Source: Leptogorgia sarmentosa
Taxonomy: Eukaryota
Length of the DNA: 64,000 nt
Reading direction: 5' to 3'
Assembly: GCA_964658305.1 (NCBI GenBank)
Contig: OZ210885.1
Span: 2,108,001-2,172,000 of the forward strand
The notes beneath the pieces were generated by a model that worked only from the letters and a program-made list of their open reading frames with translations, searched no databases and was not told where the DNA came from. Position numbers and translations under genes: made by a program. Positions 13,311-27,100 of the stretch are shown here, piece after piece. Positions within the stretch are counted from its first letter, which is position 1. Each line of letters begins with the position of its first letter.

Positions 13311-16300
13311 AGAAACCATTTGATTATGATATTTGTAATGTAGAAAATCGCATGTTTTACCACAAATTGTAACTTGACAAATACAGGATGGACAAAATGA
13401 GGTCCGTATGTGTGTCCTCCTCATCTTCCGAAAATCACCGTTAACCTGAACCTAAGTATGTAAGGTATAGGTACTTTTACTTGAATCGATAAGTTTACCA
13501 TAGCAAAACAAAAGACGGCATGTACATTAATTTTTACAAATGGATAAAAGTTTTAACACCAGTTACTAAACAACTTAATGTCTTGTGTTTGTTCTACGAA
13601 AGACGTTCGCAAAAGACGACCGCAATGCATTCTGGTAGATGTACATGCCGCCATCTTTTTTGCTATGGTCAATTGCAATTTCGTCTTTATTTCAACAAAA
13701 ATGTAAACGGATATGGCAAATAATGTCAGATTTGGCACAAAAAAAAGCAATGTGGGCACTGTTGCTAACTGCAGCGATAAAGTAAGTCTTCTGAATCAAA
13801 AAGGTCTAAATAGCGATTCAGCCTCGCTTTCCTATGTCATAATAAAAATCACGTCAATAATAGATCGAGGACGCGAATGTCAAACACATGCATGACGTCA
13901 TCATGGCGTGGCACAATCTATCTGATCATTTTTTCTCCCTATCCCGTGTGATTTCCATTAAAAGGGTGTTTTTTCTTCCTGAACAGCATATTTTCGACGA
14001 GATCAAAACCTGATTTCGTCTAGGTGTTCCTCTCAAAATCACATTGTTCTATGATTATTATGTCGACAAAACTGTTCGCTACTTCGGGAAGGTCGTTTGG
14101 GGGTTGAAAAACCCAAAGAAATGAAAAAATAATATAGAAGTGCGAATGTGTTTGTACATTCAGCGCAACATTATTTGAGCCTTGGTTTGAACAACAAAGG
14201 CAACGTTTGTATTTCTCTTTATGGCGTTCCCTCCAAAAAATTTTCATTCTCTTTTTTTTGTTTATGAATTGTAATTCCATCATGCTTTTTTTTAATTTGC
14301 CAACTGAGAAAGTTCAAAATGCAAAATTTGTATTTCGACAAACTCGAGTTTCTAGCGGGACTTAACTACATACGTGACATACAGAAAATCCTCGTCTTAA
14401 TTGTATAGTCTGGATCAATTTCCCCAGTTATGATCAGCTTCCATCTCTGTTTCTTCTCTCTGCACACTTTTTTTCAAGTTTCTTTCAAAGTCGTTCTAAT
14501 TTAATACTTTTGCATGTTGGTGCATGCGTTTCGCTAAGACCAATGTAATCTCCTCTATAGGAACTCACTATTAAAAAGTCGCTAAATATTTCGCTTGAAA
14601 TAGAAACGGCCTTTATAGATGAACGTTTGAACTAACAATTGAAATTTCACTACTAAACATTTGCATAGTTGGCACCCTAAATTTAGTAAAACCTGGAAGT
14701 TTGGTTGCAAAATATCGTAAACGTTTTGAGATACAGGCATTTAAAGTTGCTAATTTTACATACTTTTGTATAATTATATGCACGACAAAGTGATATTAAT
14801 TACATTTTGAATGAATCACTTCGCCGTGCGCAACACGAAATTATGCAAAAATTCGCAAACTTTAAATGGCTGTATTTTCCACATTTACGTTATTTTGCAA
14901 CCAAACTGTCTGAAGATGACTTTGAAATAGAGTCGACAATTTTCAGTATCAAACTGCGTCTTGTTTTGAATCATATATTGAATTATCAAGATGTCCTATC
15001 TTTTCGGAATTTGTTTTTTACTTTATTAAAAGGGGAAAGGTCTATTAATTTGTGATCTATACCACACATGCACCAAATTTCAATTTTGATGTTTCGTTGT
15101 TTTTCGTTTGAGGAACATTTAATTTCCAGTTCTATTTGTTGCATATGCAAGTGTCAAAACAAAATTAATAATGTTGAAACAACACATTCCACACGGCAGA
15201 CGAGTGGGAAAAATATAAGATAAAAATGATAACATGCTGTTAGCACTACAATACAAGTCTAGCGGGAATTTTGAAAGCTAAAAATGCCGCCGTGTTATTA
15301 GTTTTTAAGCTAACAAAACAACATCAAAACAACAAATTCCCTCCAACGGCAACATGTCGTGTCATGAAATTTCTCACTAAAGTATCATCAACATTTCGCT
15401 TTCCATGTCGTACAATAATTATATTTGTTATATAGCAAGTGCCAATTTTCTTCATTTCCGCGACTTATATTAAACGAAGAAAAAATGAAAATATCACAAG
15501 AAAATACTATAATGATGCCCAGGTATTCTTTGAATTTAGATCATTAATTTTGCTGTAATTAGTTGAAAAATTCAGCTTTAGTCATCGATCAAAATTTTGC
15601 CGACTGCATTGTAGGACTAAATAATAAAATTCGCCAAAACAAATGCTTTCTCCAGCTCGTCTCAAAATTTTCCAATGACTGGGAAATTTTATATTTCGAA
15701 AACACTTGTTCGCACTTCCGCATTCATTCCCATAGCCAGAAATGCGCGACAATCGCGATTACGCAATAAAATCCTGCCACGACAAGTGGCACGGATTAGA
15801 AGGTCGCCCGATATGTCAAGGGCCTAGGAAGCATATTGAATTCTCTGGTGAAAGGGGTATTTGACATTGACACAAAGGAACACATATATTTATATTGAAA
15901 GAAAAGGCCATTTTTTGACGGATTTCTAAAAGTTGGGACATCTTGACCCCCCTCTCCCGGTTCCTATGCCCCTGAGTAATGTAAATAACATTTTGTTCTC
16001 CGAACTAGCTGACTTTGCATTGTACCTGATAATTCATCTTGCGTTCAGAGCGATGACTGTGTGTGGTTGGGGACGGAGAAGGGGGGGGGGGACGACTCAA
16101 TTTTGCCGACAAAATGGACCTGGTTTGGGTGTGGTCAACGACGTTATCGGCTTAAATTTTCAATGTACACATACACAAAGCTTAATACTTTATTTGTTAC
16201 ATTAATATACTAGATACAACGTAGTTTTAGTTAAAAGACATTTTCCCCACATATCCGGGCCTCAAAATGTGCCGACATAATTTGACAACTGTTCTTCTCT

Positions 16301-18289
16301 TGCCGACAGAAGCAAAATGTGCCCCCCCCCCGCCCGCACCCCCATTCGCTACGTCCCCTGCTTTTTGGCCCAGTCAATAAGTGTTAAATATCAGATTCTT
16401 TCAAAATCGATCTATTTGCCTTCTACAGTATTTGCCTTCTAAGGCTGTTCTTCTCAAGACATCTTCGCACTATTCAGTACTGTAAATATATTTTACGTCT
16501 TGAAGTGTTACTAAACAAACGAACCAAAAGAAAACCGAAAGCTTTGTGTTGTTTATATGGCGACGTTGATGTGGCATCTTATAGTCGTCTGGTTTTTTGT
16601 CGCGATTCTATCAAAATATCAAGCCCAGGCATCAACACGATGGCAGCCCTCGATAATATGGGATCGCTTCAATCCACTGTAAGTATAAAGATTCTAAAAA
16701 TTCACGGTCTTTCATGATCTATACTGAAACGATATTGATTCACTTCCGTTTCTTAAAATGCGTTTTGAAACGCACATATTGTTCACTTCGCTTCACATTT
16801 GGCAACACAGGACTGCTTTTACAATGTAACATTGTTATTGTCATTCTTCGAATTGTTGCCAAGCGTTCTATAGAACGTTTATTTGTTACAAAATGTGTTC
16901 TTCGAATGCTAAAGGTGTTCGAAAAGCAATTAGAACGCATTCTTGTTTTCCTAGAATTATATGTAGAATGTATTGTTAGCCTAAGCGCTGTTCGATACTC
17001 ATTCTCAATATTTGTATTAACAACATGTTTTGAAATGAATGCTATCGACTGTCGTTGCTATGTTTTTTATCATTATTTACTCTGGTATACAGCGCCGTGC
17101 ATTTATAATTAACGTGAGATAAAGTTCTTTTAAACCAATACCAGCCGACAATTTCAAAAAAATTAATACAAAACATAATCCGAAGATTAACATCTTGAAA
17201 CCCAAGATATGAGTTAAAACAAGACAAAAATGAGTTTGTGATGTTTCGATTTTATTACAAAATCAACATCAGACTAACTCTGATTTTGTAATGAAATCAA
17301 ACAGTTATTATAGTCAATTATTATATAGGCCGTTAGCTGTGGCAGGAAAACATTCAGTTCCGTCGCCCCCGTCGCGGTGCTAAAATATTTTCACGGGAAT
17401 AATGAGAATAAAGTACGCTGATTTCAATTATCTTTGTTCCCACACGCGAAAACCCGCTGTTTTTTCACAATACGATGCCAAATTTCAATATTTTCATCCG
17501 TAAAGCGCCATCTTGAATTCCGCGATATCTTTGATCTTTCGGTTTTATTACTTGAAGTATCATATGAAACGCGGGCTCACAAGCAACTAAAATTCATAAA
17601 TATGAATGAACAACCCAGCTTGACGCTCTCTCCGCAGCATTGTTTTATACATTTCGAAGGTAAATTTGGAAAATTGTGTCAATTAACAAATTATACAAGC
17701 TAATACCATTGCAAAAGTTTTAAAATATTATTAAAAGTGGGTGTATTTTGATGAAAAAGAGACTCGACTCGCTTGTCAAATGTGTAGTAGGTACCAGCCT
17801 GCCAATGCCAAACACCTGTCACTCGTATTTTAATATAGACAATACTTGACACAATTTGCAGATTAATTTGCTACTGATACTAAACCTTTGTATCAGAAAA
17901 AGTCTAATCAGAATACAGTATGTACAATCACTAGAAGATACTACTGCGCATAATATGTAAATGATTAGGGTATTAGGATAAAGGGCTTTAGGGTCCTGAA
18001 ACAGAAAACGGGGGATTCCCGACGGGAATCCAGAATTCAATAAAGGGGGAACCAGAATCCAAATACTTTCCAGGTCACACGAGGAAATAGGTCCACAAGA
18101 AAATGTGTAGCATATGTAAAGGAAGGCACAATTACACACAATGTATTTTACTAAGTTTCTTTTGAGTCACCTTATTGACTATTTAACCACTCGCACGCAT
18201 TGTAATGAGATGTCTTAGCGATACCCTATTACCCCCTAGCCGAGGAAAACACGATTCACCAAACGGCAATAATTTATTTGTTTTGAAGG

Positions 18290-21200
18290 TAAATCTGGCG
18301 ATTTGTGTAAGTTAACAACTCATACAATTGAGAAAATTAGCGAGTATTGCAAGAGGTGGCTTGATTTGGATGGCGAGCAAAGCACGATCGCAGCAAATGC
18401 TGCCAAACGTATAGAACGTTGGTCGTTACATTCGGAATCGGGGGCATTAGGATGTGAAATTGCTTCAGAAATTGCAAACGCGCGATATCACAAAGAATGC
18501 TATGTTCGTTTTTGCGATAAAACTAAAGTCGAAAGAGCCGAGAAAAGAATAATTAAAAAAAAAGGCCGTGGCTGTTAATGCATCTACAGAAGAAGGAGCG
18601 AGCACTCCTGTTGCAATCCGACCAGCGCCTGTACCTGTTCGAATATCACCCCGAACATTGATCAGCGATAGTGAAGGAACTGCTAGACGAAACAAACACG
18701 TCCTACCAGAAAAATGCATAATTTGTAAGAGACGAGAAATGTACAAGTTGGACAAGGTGTGTAAACATGATTGTCAGGGCTTTATTGCCTGCAAACCTCT
18801 ATAATTAATCAACTACAATTATTCTGTAGGCTACAAGGAAACGAAAACTAGACAAACTGGTTCTGGCGGAAACTTTCGACGGAGGTCTTTTAAGGGAGGC
18901 AGCAGAAAGGAAACAGGATGAGACAATCTTGACACAAATTAGAGGTAAAGACTGTGTTGCCATAGAAGTACGTTATCACAGGCATTGTCATTTGGATTAC
19001 TGCAGATTCTTGACCCGAAAATCGACAGTTAGTAATACCAATGATGAACTATATCAGTCAAGCTACACTGCCTTTTGCTCGAAGACAATTGACGAAAAGC
19101 TGCTTAAGAAAAAACAAATTATGCGAATGAAGGTACTACATCATATCTTTGTGGAACAAGTTATGAAGACGGAAAACCTTGATGCATCCAATTATCGTCC
19201 CACTCGACTAAAGACAAGATTGCAAAGAGACTATCCACAACTTGTCTTTCACCGTCCTGCAACCAGAAATCAAAGCGAATTAGTTTTTGTAGAAGAATTA
19301 TCAGTTGGTGAAGTTGCAGAAACATGCGGAACGGCTGATGAAGGAGCAAGCTCAGCAGAGAGTGATGACGATGAGGAAATGATAACTGAAACTCCAGTTG
19401 TTCAAAAGGAAGTCACATTGAAAGAGTATTACGTTGTTGCTATGGCTTTACAGAATGCTATAAAAGAGGCGCAACCCATGGATTCAGTTTGAGATTCAAA
19501 AACTACAGGGTGTATCAAAAAAAAGTTTACTCATGAAAAACATTCTCTAAACTAACGAGCGCTCAAAATTTCCAAAAACTTTCGGTTAGCATAGGTAGTT
19601 TAACACCCTCTGGTATATCTAGCACTAAGTTTATTTTAAAAACAAACTTTTTAAGAATGGGAAATGTGGCTACTGAAAGGCCCATTAAAAACGGCTTGCG
19701 CGGAAAAAATAAGTTTTCTCCACACAATTTGATTTAATCGGATGAAAATATGGAGTATGATATACAGGCTATTCAAGTTTTGAGAAATTTGGTGCACGCT
19801 GAGACGAACGGGCGATGTCCGAAAACTGGATTTTGCGTTCTTTCCTGCGTGATTACCGATTAATTTATGCATAATTGGATATTTGCATTAATTACCAATG
19901 CAAATTGCAAGCTAATTCCCAAAGGTACGTAATTACGCGAAGAAATTGCGGAAAATCCAGTTTTCGGGCATCGCACGTTCGTCTCAGCGTGCACCAAATT
20001 TCTCAAAACTTGAATAGCATGTATATCATACTCCATATTTTCATGCGATTAAATCAAACTGTGTAAAGAAAACTTATTTTTTCTGCGCAAGCCGTTTTTA
20101 GTGGGCCTTTCTGTAACCACATTTCCCATTCTAAAAAAATTTGTTTTTAAAATAAACTTAGTGCTAGATATACCAGAGGGTGTTAAAATACCCATGCTAA
20201 CCGAAAGTTTTTGGAAATTTTGAGCGCTCGTTAGTTTAGAGAATGTTTTTCATCAGTAAACTTTTTTTTGATACACCCTGTAGAGGAGGTAATAAGGAAA
20301 TTGATTTACAATTTGCCGGCGGTAATTGGACCATGCAATTATGAAGGAAATGCAAAAGAGTGCTCAATTATATTACCTCAAAAACTTATATTATATGAAA
20401 CAATCATGCTGTAGTTGTACGTTTTTGAGGTAACCTGCGATATGGTATATATCACATATTTTGTATATTTATAACATTTTAGGTATGGTCGGGATAACAT
20501 TGAACAGGGGTGCTATGAAAAGATGGATTGTTGCCCAATCCGACAGGTCTTCTGTCACAGGAGAGTGTATGAAAATGGCTGGCATCGATCCAACTAAAAG
20601 GTATGTGTGTAAATTATCTGCCACTACGCGTATACAGAATAATTTTATTAATTTTATTTAAATATCTATCAGGCATTCCAGTACAACACGATCGTACATT
20701 ATTTTGTCTGATCAGTCGAGCATACGAACAATTTCTTCATTGTTTAAACTTAAAATTTATAGAAAAAGAAAAGAACTAGACATGCCACAAAGAACTCGAC
20801 ATGAGAAGGATGTCTTAAGTATCGTAAACACGCTTCAGAGTATGGTAAATCCTTTTGAAACTGATACCGAAATAACAGAGATGATTCACTTGTCAAGTGG
20901 GCTAACAGCTACACCAGATGTAAAGGAGGACTTACTGAGAACAAAACAACGAGGTGAAGAATGCGTCATTGCTTTCCTGAAAGAGAGGCTACTAGTTCCA
21001 GAGCCCGATATCTTCTCAACGATTCCCAAGCTTAAATTAAAAACCTTTTCCTCAATGGCTAAGAAAGTTAAAGTTAGTTCAACAAAAGGTACGGAGGCCA
21101 CCCTTAAGAACAACCGTAACCTGTTCGCTCGAATGCTCTTGCTTGCACAAAGTAGAAACGTAGACATGAAGGAAGTGCTTACTTATTCCTTGGGTCCATT

Positions 21201-22804
21201 TCCTTTATCTTCTTCAACCGAGATGGGCACCTTGCACAAGACCCAAAAAAGCAAGCTAATGACGGTAATCGAAAGAAGTGTTCAAAATCACACAGTCGAC
21301 AATGTTCCCGAGGGAAGCGCAATCATTCTCGATGGAATGGCACTCATCCAGGCAACAAAGAAGCTACCCGCATCGTTTGGAGAATTTGCAGAGGAACTGT
21401 TTTTGAGAGTGATAAAGTTGGCAATTTACCATAAATCTTCACGTGTCGATTTCGTGATAGATAGATATCCTGTTGTGAGCATTAAAAACCTCGAACGGAA
21501 TAAACGGGCAAGTGGTGGATTAGCAATAATCAATATTTATGGAGCTGACCAAAAACTACCGGCACAATGGGGCAAGTTTCTTAAGCATGGTCGAAACAAA
21601 GAAGCACTCATTCGGTTTTTGTTTGCACAATGGTGCACGTACACATCGATCATGTTCAGTGGTATTGTGGTTTACGTTTGCCATGACGACAAGTGCCATC
21701 GCCTTCAGCCAGGACAAGACAACGAACCTAACATTAATCGAGAAATTGAGGGATTATCCTGTGACCACGAAGAAGCCGACACAAGAATGCTACTACATGC
21801 AAATCATGCGTCTCAGTCACATGGAAGCATTGTCATAAAGAGCCCAGATACCGATGTCTTCATCATTATGCTTTCCTTATGCCACATTATCCAGTCCGAA
21901 CTATTCTTTGAAACCGGTTTGAACGAGAAAACACGTATCATAGATGTCAAGTGTATTCAACAGCAAATGGGTGAGAAAGAAAGCAAAGCATTGATTGGTT
22001 TTCACGCATATACAGGTAAGCAATTACCCAAGCAATTACCTAAGTTATTATCTAATTATTATTATATTATAATAGTAATTGCGATGGCTTAGATGTAATA
22101 TTAAGGTCTATGTAGTTTCTAACAAATCAACAGCTTTTGCATCGCTGGATCAATATTATGTGTTCTTTACCATTTCTAGGGTGCGATTCCACGAGCTCGT
22201 TTTATGGTCGAAGTAAGATATCAACATGGAAAATGGTTTCGAATGACAATACAGCTCTCGAGACATTTGTGCACCTTGGTGAGGAGTTCGAGGTTGATGA
22301 ATCCCTTAAGGAAAACCTTGAGTTGTTTACATGCATGTTTTATGGGGCTAAGGATACCACATCTGTCAACAAAGCAAGATATGAGATGTTCAGGATGGGT
22401 AAATTTTCTGATGCAGCATTGCCTCCAAACAAACTGATTGTCTCTTACAACACATTCAGCGAGCAAGTTACCAGGCTGCAATATGGAAAAGAGCAGCAAC
22501 AGCAATAATTGACGCACCTTCACCAACTGATCATGGATGGAAGATTGATGAAGAAGGAAATATTGATGCAGTATGGATGACAAAGAAATGCGCTCCTGAT
22601 GTGCTGCTCAAAGATTGCAACTGTAAATGTAAGACAGGTTGTTCAACCTTAAGATGCTCGTGTAAAAAGGCAAACAACCAGTGCAATGAAATGTGCCAGT
22701 GTGTTGGATGTACACATTGTCATCATGAATCCAAGGAAAGTGGTAGCCTCGATGAATATGATTCGGACGACCTGGGAAGTGATACAGAGGAAGAAACCTT
22801 CTAG
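18290..22804 (+). pseudogene. Academ transposase/XPG-like nuclease gene, disrupted
   Basis: Exon pieces: ~18290-18756 (RYHKECY; frameshift in poly-A ~18555), 18830-19492 (CVAIEVRYHRHC), 20483-20600, 20763-22015 (IILDGMA, DFVIDRY, CDHEEADTR, SPDTDV, GFHAYTG) and 22180-22804 (CDSTSSFYGRSK; frameshift ~22432; CNCKCKTGCSTLRCSCKK..C..C.C..C). The central transposase region appears missing at the MITE. Confidence 0.85.
19506..20280. mobile_element. Tc1/mariner-like palindromic MITE (copy 1), nested in Academ
   Basis: CAGGGTGTATCAAAAAAAAGTTTACT..AGTAAACTTTTTTTTGATACACCCTG with TA TSD and arms of ~370 bp. Confidence 0.9.
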
Positions 22805-23572
22805 TGTACTACGTTTTCTGATACAAACATTTAGCGAGCAATTATTTATGTCAGTAGGAAATTAATCTACAAATTGTACAGTATTGTCCATGATAAAAAT
22901 ACGAGTGACAGGTGTTTAGCACTTGACAGGCTCGTACGAAACATTTGACAAGTGACTCGAGTCTCTTTTTCATCTTTAATAATATTTCAATTACGATTTT
23001 AGCAATGGTATTAGCTTGTATAATCTGTTAATGGACACAATTTTCCAAATTTACCTTCGAAATGTATAAAACAATGCTGCGGAGAGAGCGTAAAGCTGGG
23101 TTGTTCATTCATATTTATGAATTTTAGTTGCTTGTGAGCCCGCGTTTCATATGATACTTCAAGTAATAAAACCGAAAGATCAAAGATACCGCGGAATTCA
23201 AGATGGCGCTTTACGGATGAAAATATTGAACTTTGGCATCGTATTGTGAAAAAACAGCGGGTTTTCGCGTGTGGGAACAAAGATAATTGAAATCAGCGTA
23301 CTTTATTCTCATTATTCCCGTGAAAATATTTTAGCACCGCGACGGGGGCGACGGATTTTGATTTCAACCACATTTTGGCCGCACAGCCAACGGCCTAATA
23401 CTATTAATTATATACGCGAGTGACCGTATTGTCGGCGCACGCATATAAACAACTAAGAATGATGAAATAGCCCTATTCAACCTTAGTTAACATAAATAAA
23501 ACCCCAGATCACTGGGCTGCCTATGCAGGTAGTCGCTTTTTTCAAGCTTTTAACCACTCGATGGGAACTGTA

Positions 23573-23735
23573 ATGCCTGGTTCAAACTGCGCTTTTTATG
23601 CGTGTTCGACCAGTAGAAAACACGGCCTTTCGTTGTTTCGAATCCCTACTGTCGCTGCTTCGGACAGCGACCACACAAAATCATTGAAGGAAAATGCGCG
23701 TAAAGAATGGCTTCATTTATTATTGAGAATGAGAG
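23573..23735 (+). pseudogene. THAP-type zinc-finger N-terminus of a truncated DNA transposon gene
   Basis: MPGSNCAFYACSTSRKHGLSLFRIP...ARKEWL matches the THAP MP-x-C-x4-C..F-x-x-P..R-x-x-W pattern. It is cut off by a repeat fragment at ~23740. Confidence 0.6.
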
Positions 23736-23876
23736 AATATATATATGTTATTTACCGGCTGGGAGGTCCGTACGGGAAAATATTTTGTCGAGGTCTCAAA
23801 AACGGCCCGAGGCCAAGGCCGACCCGCTATTGTGGGTCGTATTTCCCTATCTTACTTTGTTATCACTCTCAATTTT

Positions 23877-24121
23877 CCATCACCATCATCATCACCACCA
23901 TCATCCTCATCATCATCATCACCATCATCACCATCATCATCACCATCATCACCATCATCACCATCATCCTCACCATCATCCTCATTATCATGATCATCAC
24001 CATCATCATAATCATCACCATCATCATCACCACCATCATCACCATAATCACCATCATTGCCATCATCATCCTCATCACCATCATCATCACCATCATCATC
24101 ATTATCACCATCATCATCACT
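23877..24121. repeat. (CAT/CAC)n microsatellite
   Basis: Directly visible. Confidence 0.95.
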
Positions 24122-24141
24122 AAAGCGTTTTATCATTTTAG

Positions 24142-27100
24142 GTTAAAGTGCCCTTGTAACCGGATGAACATCCCTAAGTTTGCCATCTATGATCGTGTCG
24201 AGCTCTTGTGCGCAAAAACGCATCTCGTCTCTTCATTCAGAACACAAGACATGGCAAAACGAGAAGTGTATTATAACATTTTCATGAGAAAATATGATAT
24301 ATTAAATGGTTCACTGGATGACCTAAGACAACAGTTGGACAGTGGTCATTTCTGTGATGTAACTCATAGTGACACAAGTATGGTTTAGTATTATATAAAA
24401 ATTGTTATCATCAGAACAAAGATCATCACGATTACTGTCATCATCGTGATCACTCCCACCACAGGTTATCTCACAATCATTTCGTATCTATTTCAGAAAA
24501 ACTCTACACTTGCGAAAGAGACGACACTTCAGTATCACCTCCTAAGTTGTATGAGTCGTATAAAGTAAGATTCCATAGCGATGAAGATCTCTACCCAGGA
24601 GACGTGGTTGTTTTTTTTAGTAAGTGGTGCTGGGAGAATTTACATCTCAATAAATATTCCCAAGGGAAGAAATAACATATTTGTGAAAATTAGATTAGTA
24701 TCCACTGAAAATTATACACATGTCGAAATTCCAAAAAGGAACAGTAAGTTGTGGAAAATTCATCAGCTATAAGATCCTTCAGAAGGAACCTACGCCTGTG
24801 GGATATGGTTGAACTGCTCTGGTCACTAAAATATGGAGATAGCTGACAGGAGCAAACATAGGTCCTGATGAGATTATAGTTAAAGAATATTTCTCAACTG
24901 CGAAAATTGTATTGAGTATTTGGGTAACCGTTTAACTCGACATTTCAGATAATAAGGCAACAGGTACACAATCGGATTTAAACAGTAAAGACAGGAAGTG
25001 TGCCATGGTTTTAGCAGTAAACGTCACTAACGCAGATAAACAGAGATACGGCCCGTCTTATGGAAAGAGTTTTACGCCAGGTGAGATTTAACAGTGTGAA
25101 GTTCCTTTACGCTATAAATTTATCTCATCAAATTGTGTGTGACAAGCAGTGATGGTTCTACTCACAACCAAAACGATCGAATCTTTGCTGCTTGTTGGTG
25201 TTGTTATCCGCTACCTACACTGGCCACATATTCAAGTTATATATAGTGCAAGATATGTATACAGATATATAGTGTAAATATTTTTCAATATAACTGAAGA
25301 CTGGTTTACTCTATCGATATAATCTCATTTCTGCACGAACCTTGTCTTGTCTTCTTCAGGGGGATGTTGTGACAACAAAACAACTTGTTCCTGTGGTAAA
25401 GGTGAACACATATTAAAAATACTTGTGTAAATCGTATAGGTAACAAAAATTGAGGTAAAAAATCATCATAGCGTTTCAGCTGAAGTGCCTGCATTGGTTG
25501 CTGAATGAGGAAAATTTCCTGTGGAAGACGATTCTTTCAATTCAAACCCGCACAATTATTTCTGTCCCAATTCTAGTAACTACAATTCCAATTGTGGTCT
25601 AATTGTTTCTCGTATTTCTAATAACATTTAGTTGGAACCACTACTGATCCAACCAGCTCCCCAAGTACCACCAGACCCTCAACTACCACCACAACCTCAA
25701 CTACCACCACACCCTCAACTACCACCACACCCTCAACTACCACCACCCCCTCAACTACCACCGCACCCCCAACTACCACCACACCCTCAACTACCACCAC
25801 CACACCCTCAACTACCACCTCTCCGACCACCATAGGGAACGAAGGTAAAGACATATTATGGTTGCTAATGACTCATCCACGTTTTCAACGTTGGGGGGGG
25901 GAGGCGAACCTCACGACGCGCTACCATGGTTGGCCCCGAGCTTGAGAATTGTGAACATTTAGGCATTTAGGGTCTCTAGATCGCCGGAAATGGCCATTTC
26001 AGAGTTTAACTCTAGAGATCAAAAAATTTTTTTGGGGGGGGGTGAGGGGGAGGGGGCGGCCCAACCTTTTAGTTAAAACCCTTAAACGCGACCAATTTTT
26101 TTTGGAAAAAACTACTGCTCCAACTATCGCTGCTGCTGTTCCAAGCATCACTAGCAATTCGACCACCAACAACTCCACATTTTCACCACACCCTGGTCAC
26201 TTTTTTTCACCTCAAATACTTGATATTTAAATACATGATGGCCTGTAGGCCCGGTGAATCTTCCCTGAGATTTTCTTTCGAAATACGTATATGAAATACA
26301 AAAATTTCCCCTGTGACCATTCGTAACTGCCAACTCCCGTTCCTTATCAAATCTTAAACAATAATAATAATGATAATAATCTTTATTTCATCGATAAAAT
26401 ACATATCGTATGTTACATGGTAAAAAGTTTCCACCTCTATTTACAACTGTTTTGATTAACTATTTTCTAAAATCTAAATTCCCAACTCATGTTCAAAAAT
26501 TAACCGATTCTTAAAACAGTTCTTATACCTAGTAGTGTTTATCTTTGGCTTCGGGATATGTTCAGTTCTGAGATTATGTCCAGTACTTCTTATCTTCGGC
26601 AAGAACTCATATAATGGATGGTTCTCTAAATTCCTAACCTTGTTAAAAATCCTTTTATCTTGTTGGTTTAACAATAATTTAATGTCAATTAAATTAAATA
26701 GTGTATATATAACAGTGTTAAATAAACAGTGTATATATAAATGCTCACTTGAATTTCTCCCAACGTAAGATTTAGGATTGTGCTTCCAACTAGGCTTTCC
26801 TTGACGTCTAGTTGCTGTGGGTGAAAAAAACTTCATTTACGATTCTAATGATTTGTCTTATTGTACTTTTTTATTAGCGGGGCGAGAGGGCGATGGCAGC
26901 AACAAAATTAATGCATCGGATTTCATCATCGGGTTGGCAGTTGGAATTATTATAATGATTATTATCGATCTCGTGATTTATGTAATAGTTGTCAAAATGA
27001 AAGGTAGAATACACTACATTATCGTATCATATTAAAGTCTGATAGCGAATTTAGTTCCAAAATCAATTATTAGGTAAACCAATGTTTGGGAAGAGAAGTG

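Larger units (their letters stand above)
17326..23397 (+). mobile_element. Academ (AcademX-type) DNA transposon, internally deleted
   Basis: Termini TAGGCCGTT..AACGGCCTA with a 3-bp TSD ATA (17323-17325 / 23398-23400). TIRs are ~550 bp and near-identical over ~17360-17710 vs ~23005-23355. The internal spliced ORF has an XPG/PIN-like nuclease region and a C-terminal Cys-rich finger, as known for Academ. Confidence 0.85.

Noticed and set aside
16640..16880. Possible 5' exons of the membrane-protein gene upstream of the Academ insertion
   Set aside because: An ATG and a good donor exist at ~16640-16678, but I could not build a phase-consistent chain to 24142.
17434..23280. Twin 89-aa ORFs at 17434 (+) and 23011 (-)
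   Set aside because: Mirror images within the transposon TIRs, not genes.
23707..24136. Poly-His, poly-Ile, poly-Asp and poly-Met ORFs, and the 275-aa ORF at 23561
   Set aside because: (CAT)n microsatellite. The long ORF is a chance join of a THAP fragment, repeats and an exon.
25618..25854. PQLPP and VVEG repeat ORFs
   Set aside because: Splice phases and the open frame favour the Thr/Ser reading; the Pro frame stops before the donor.
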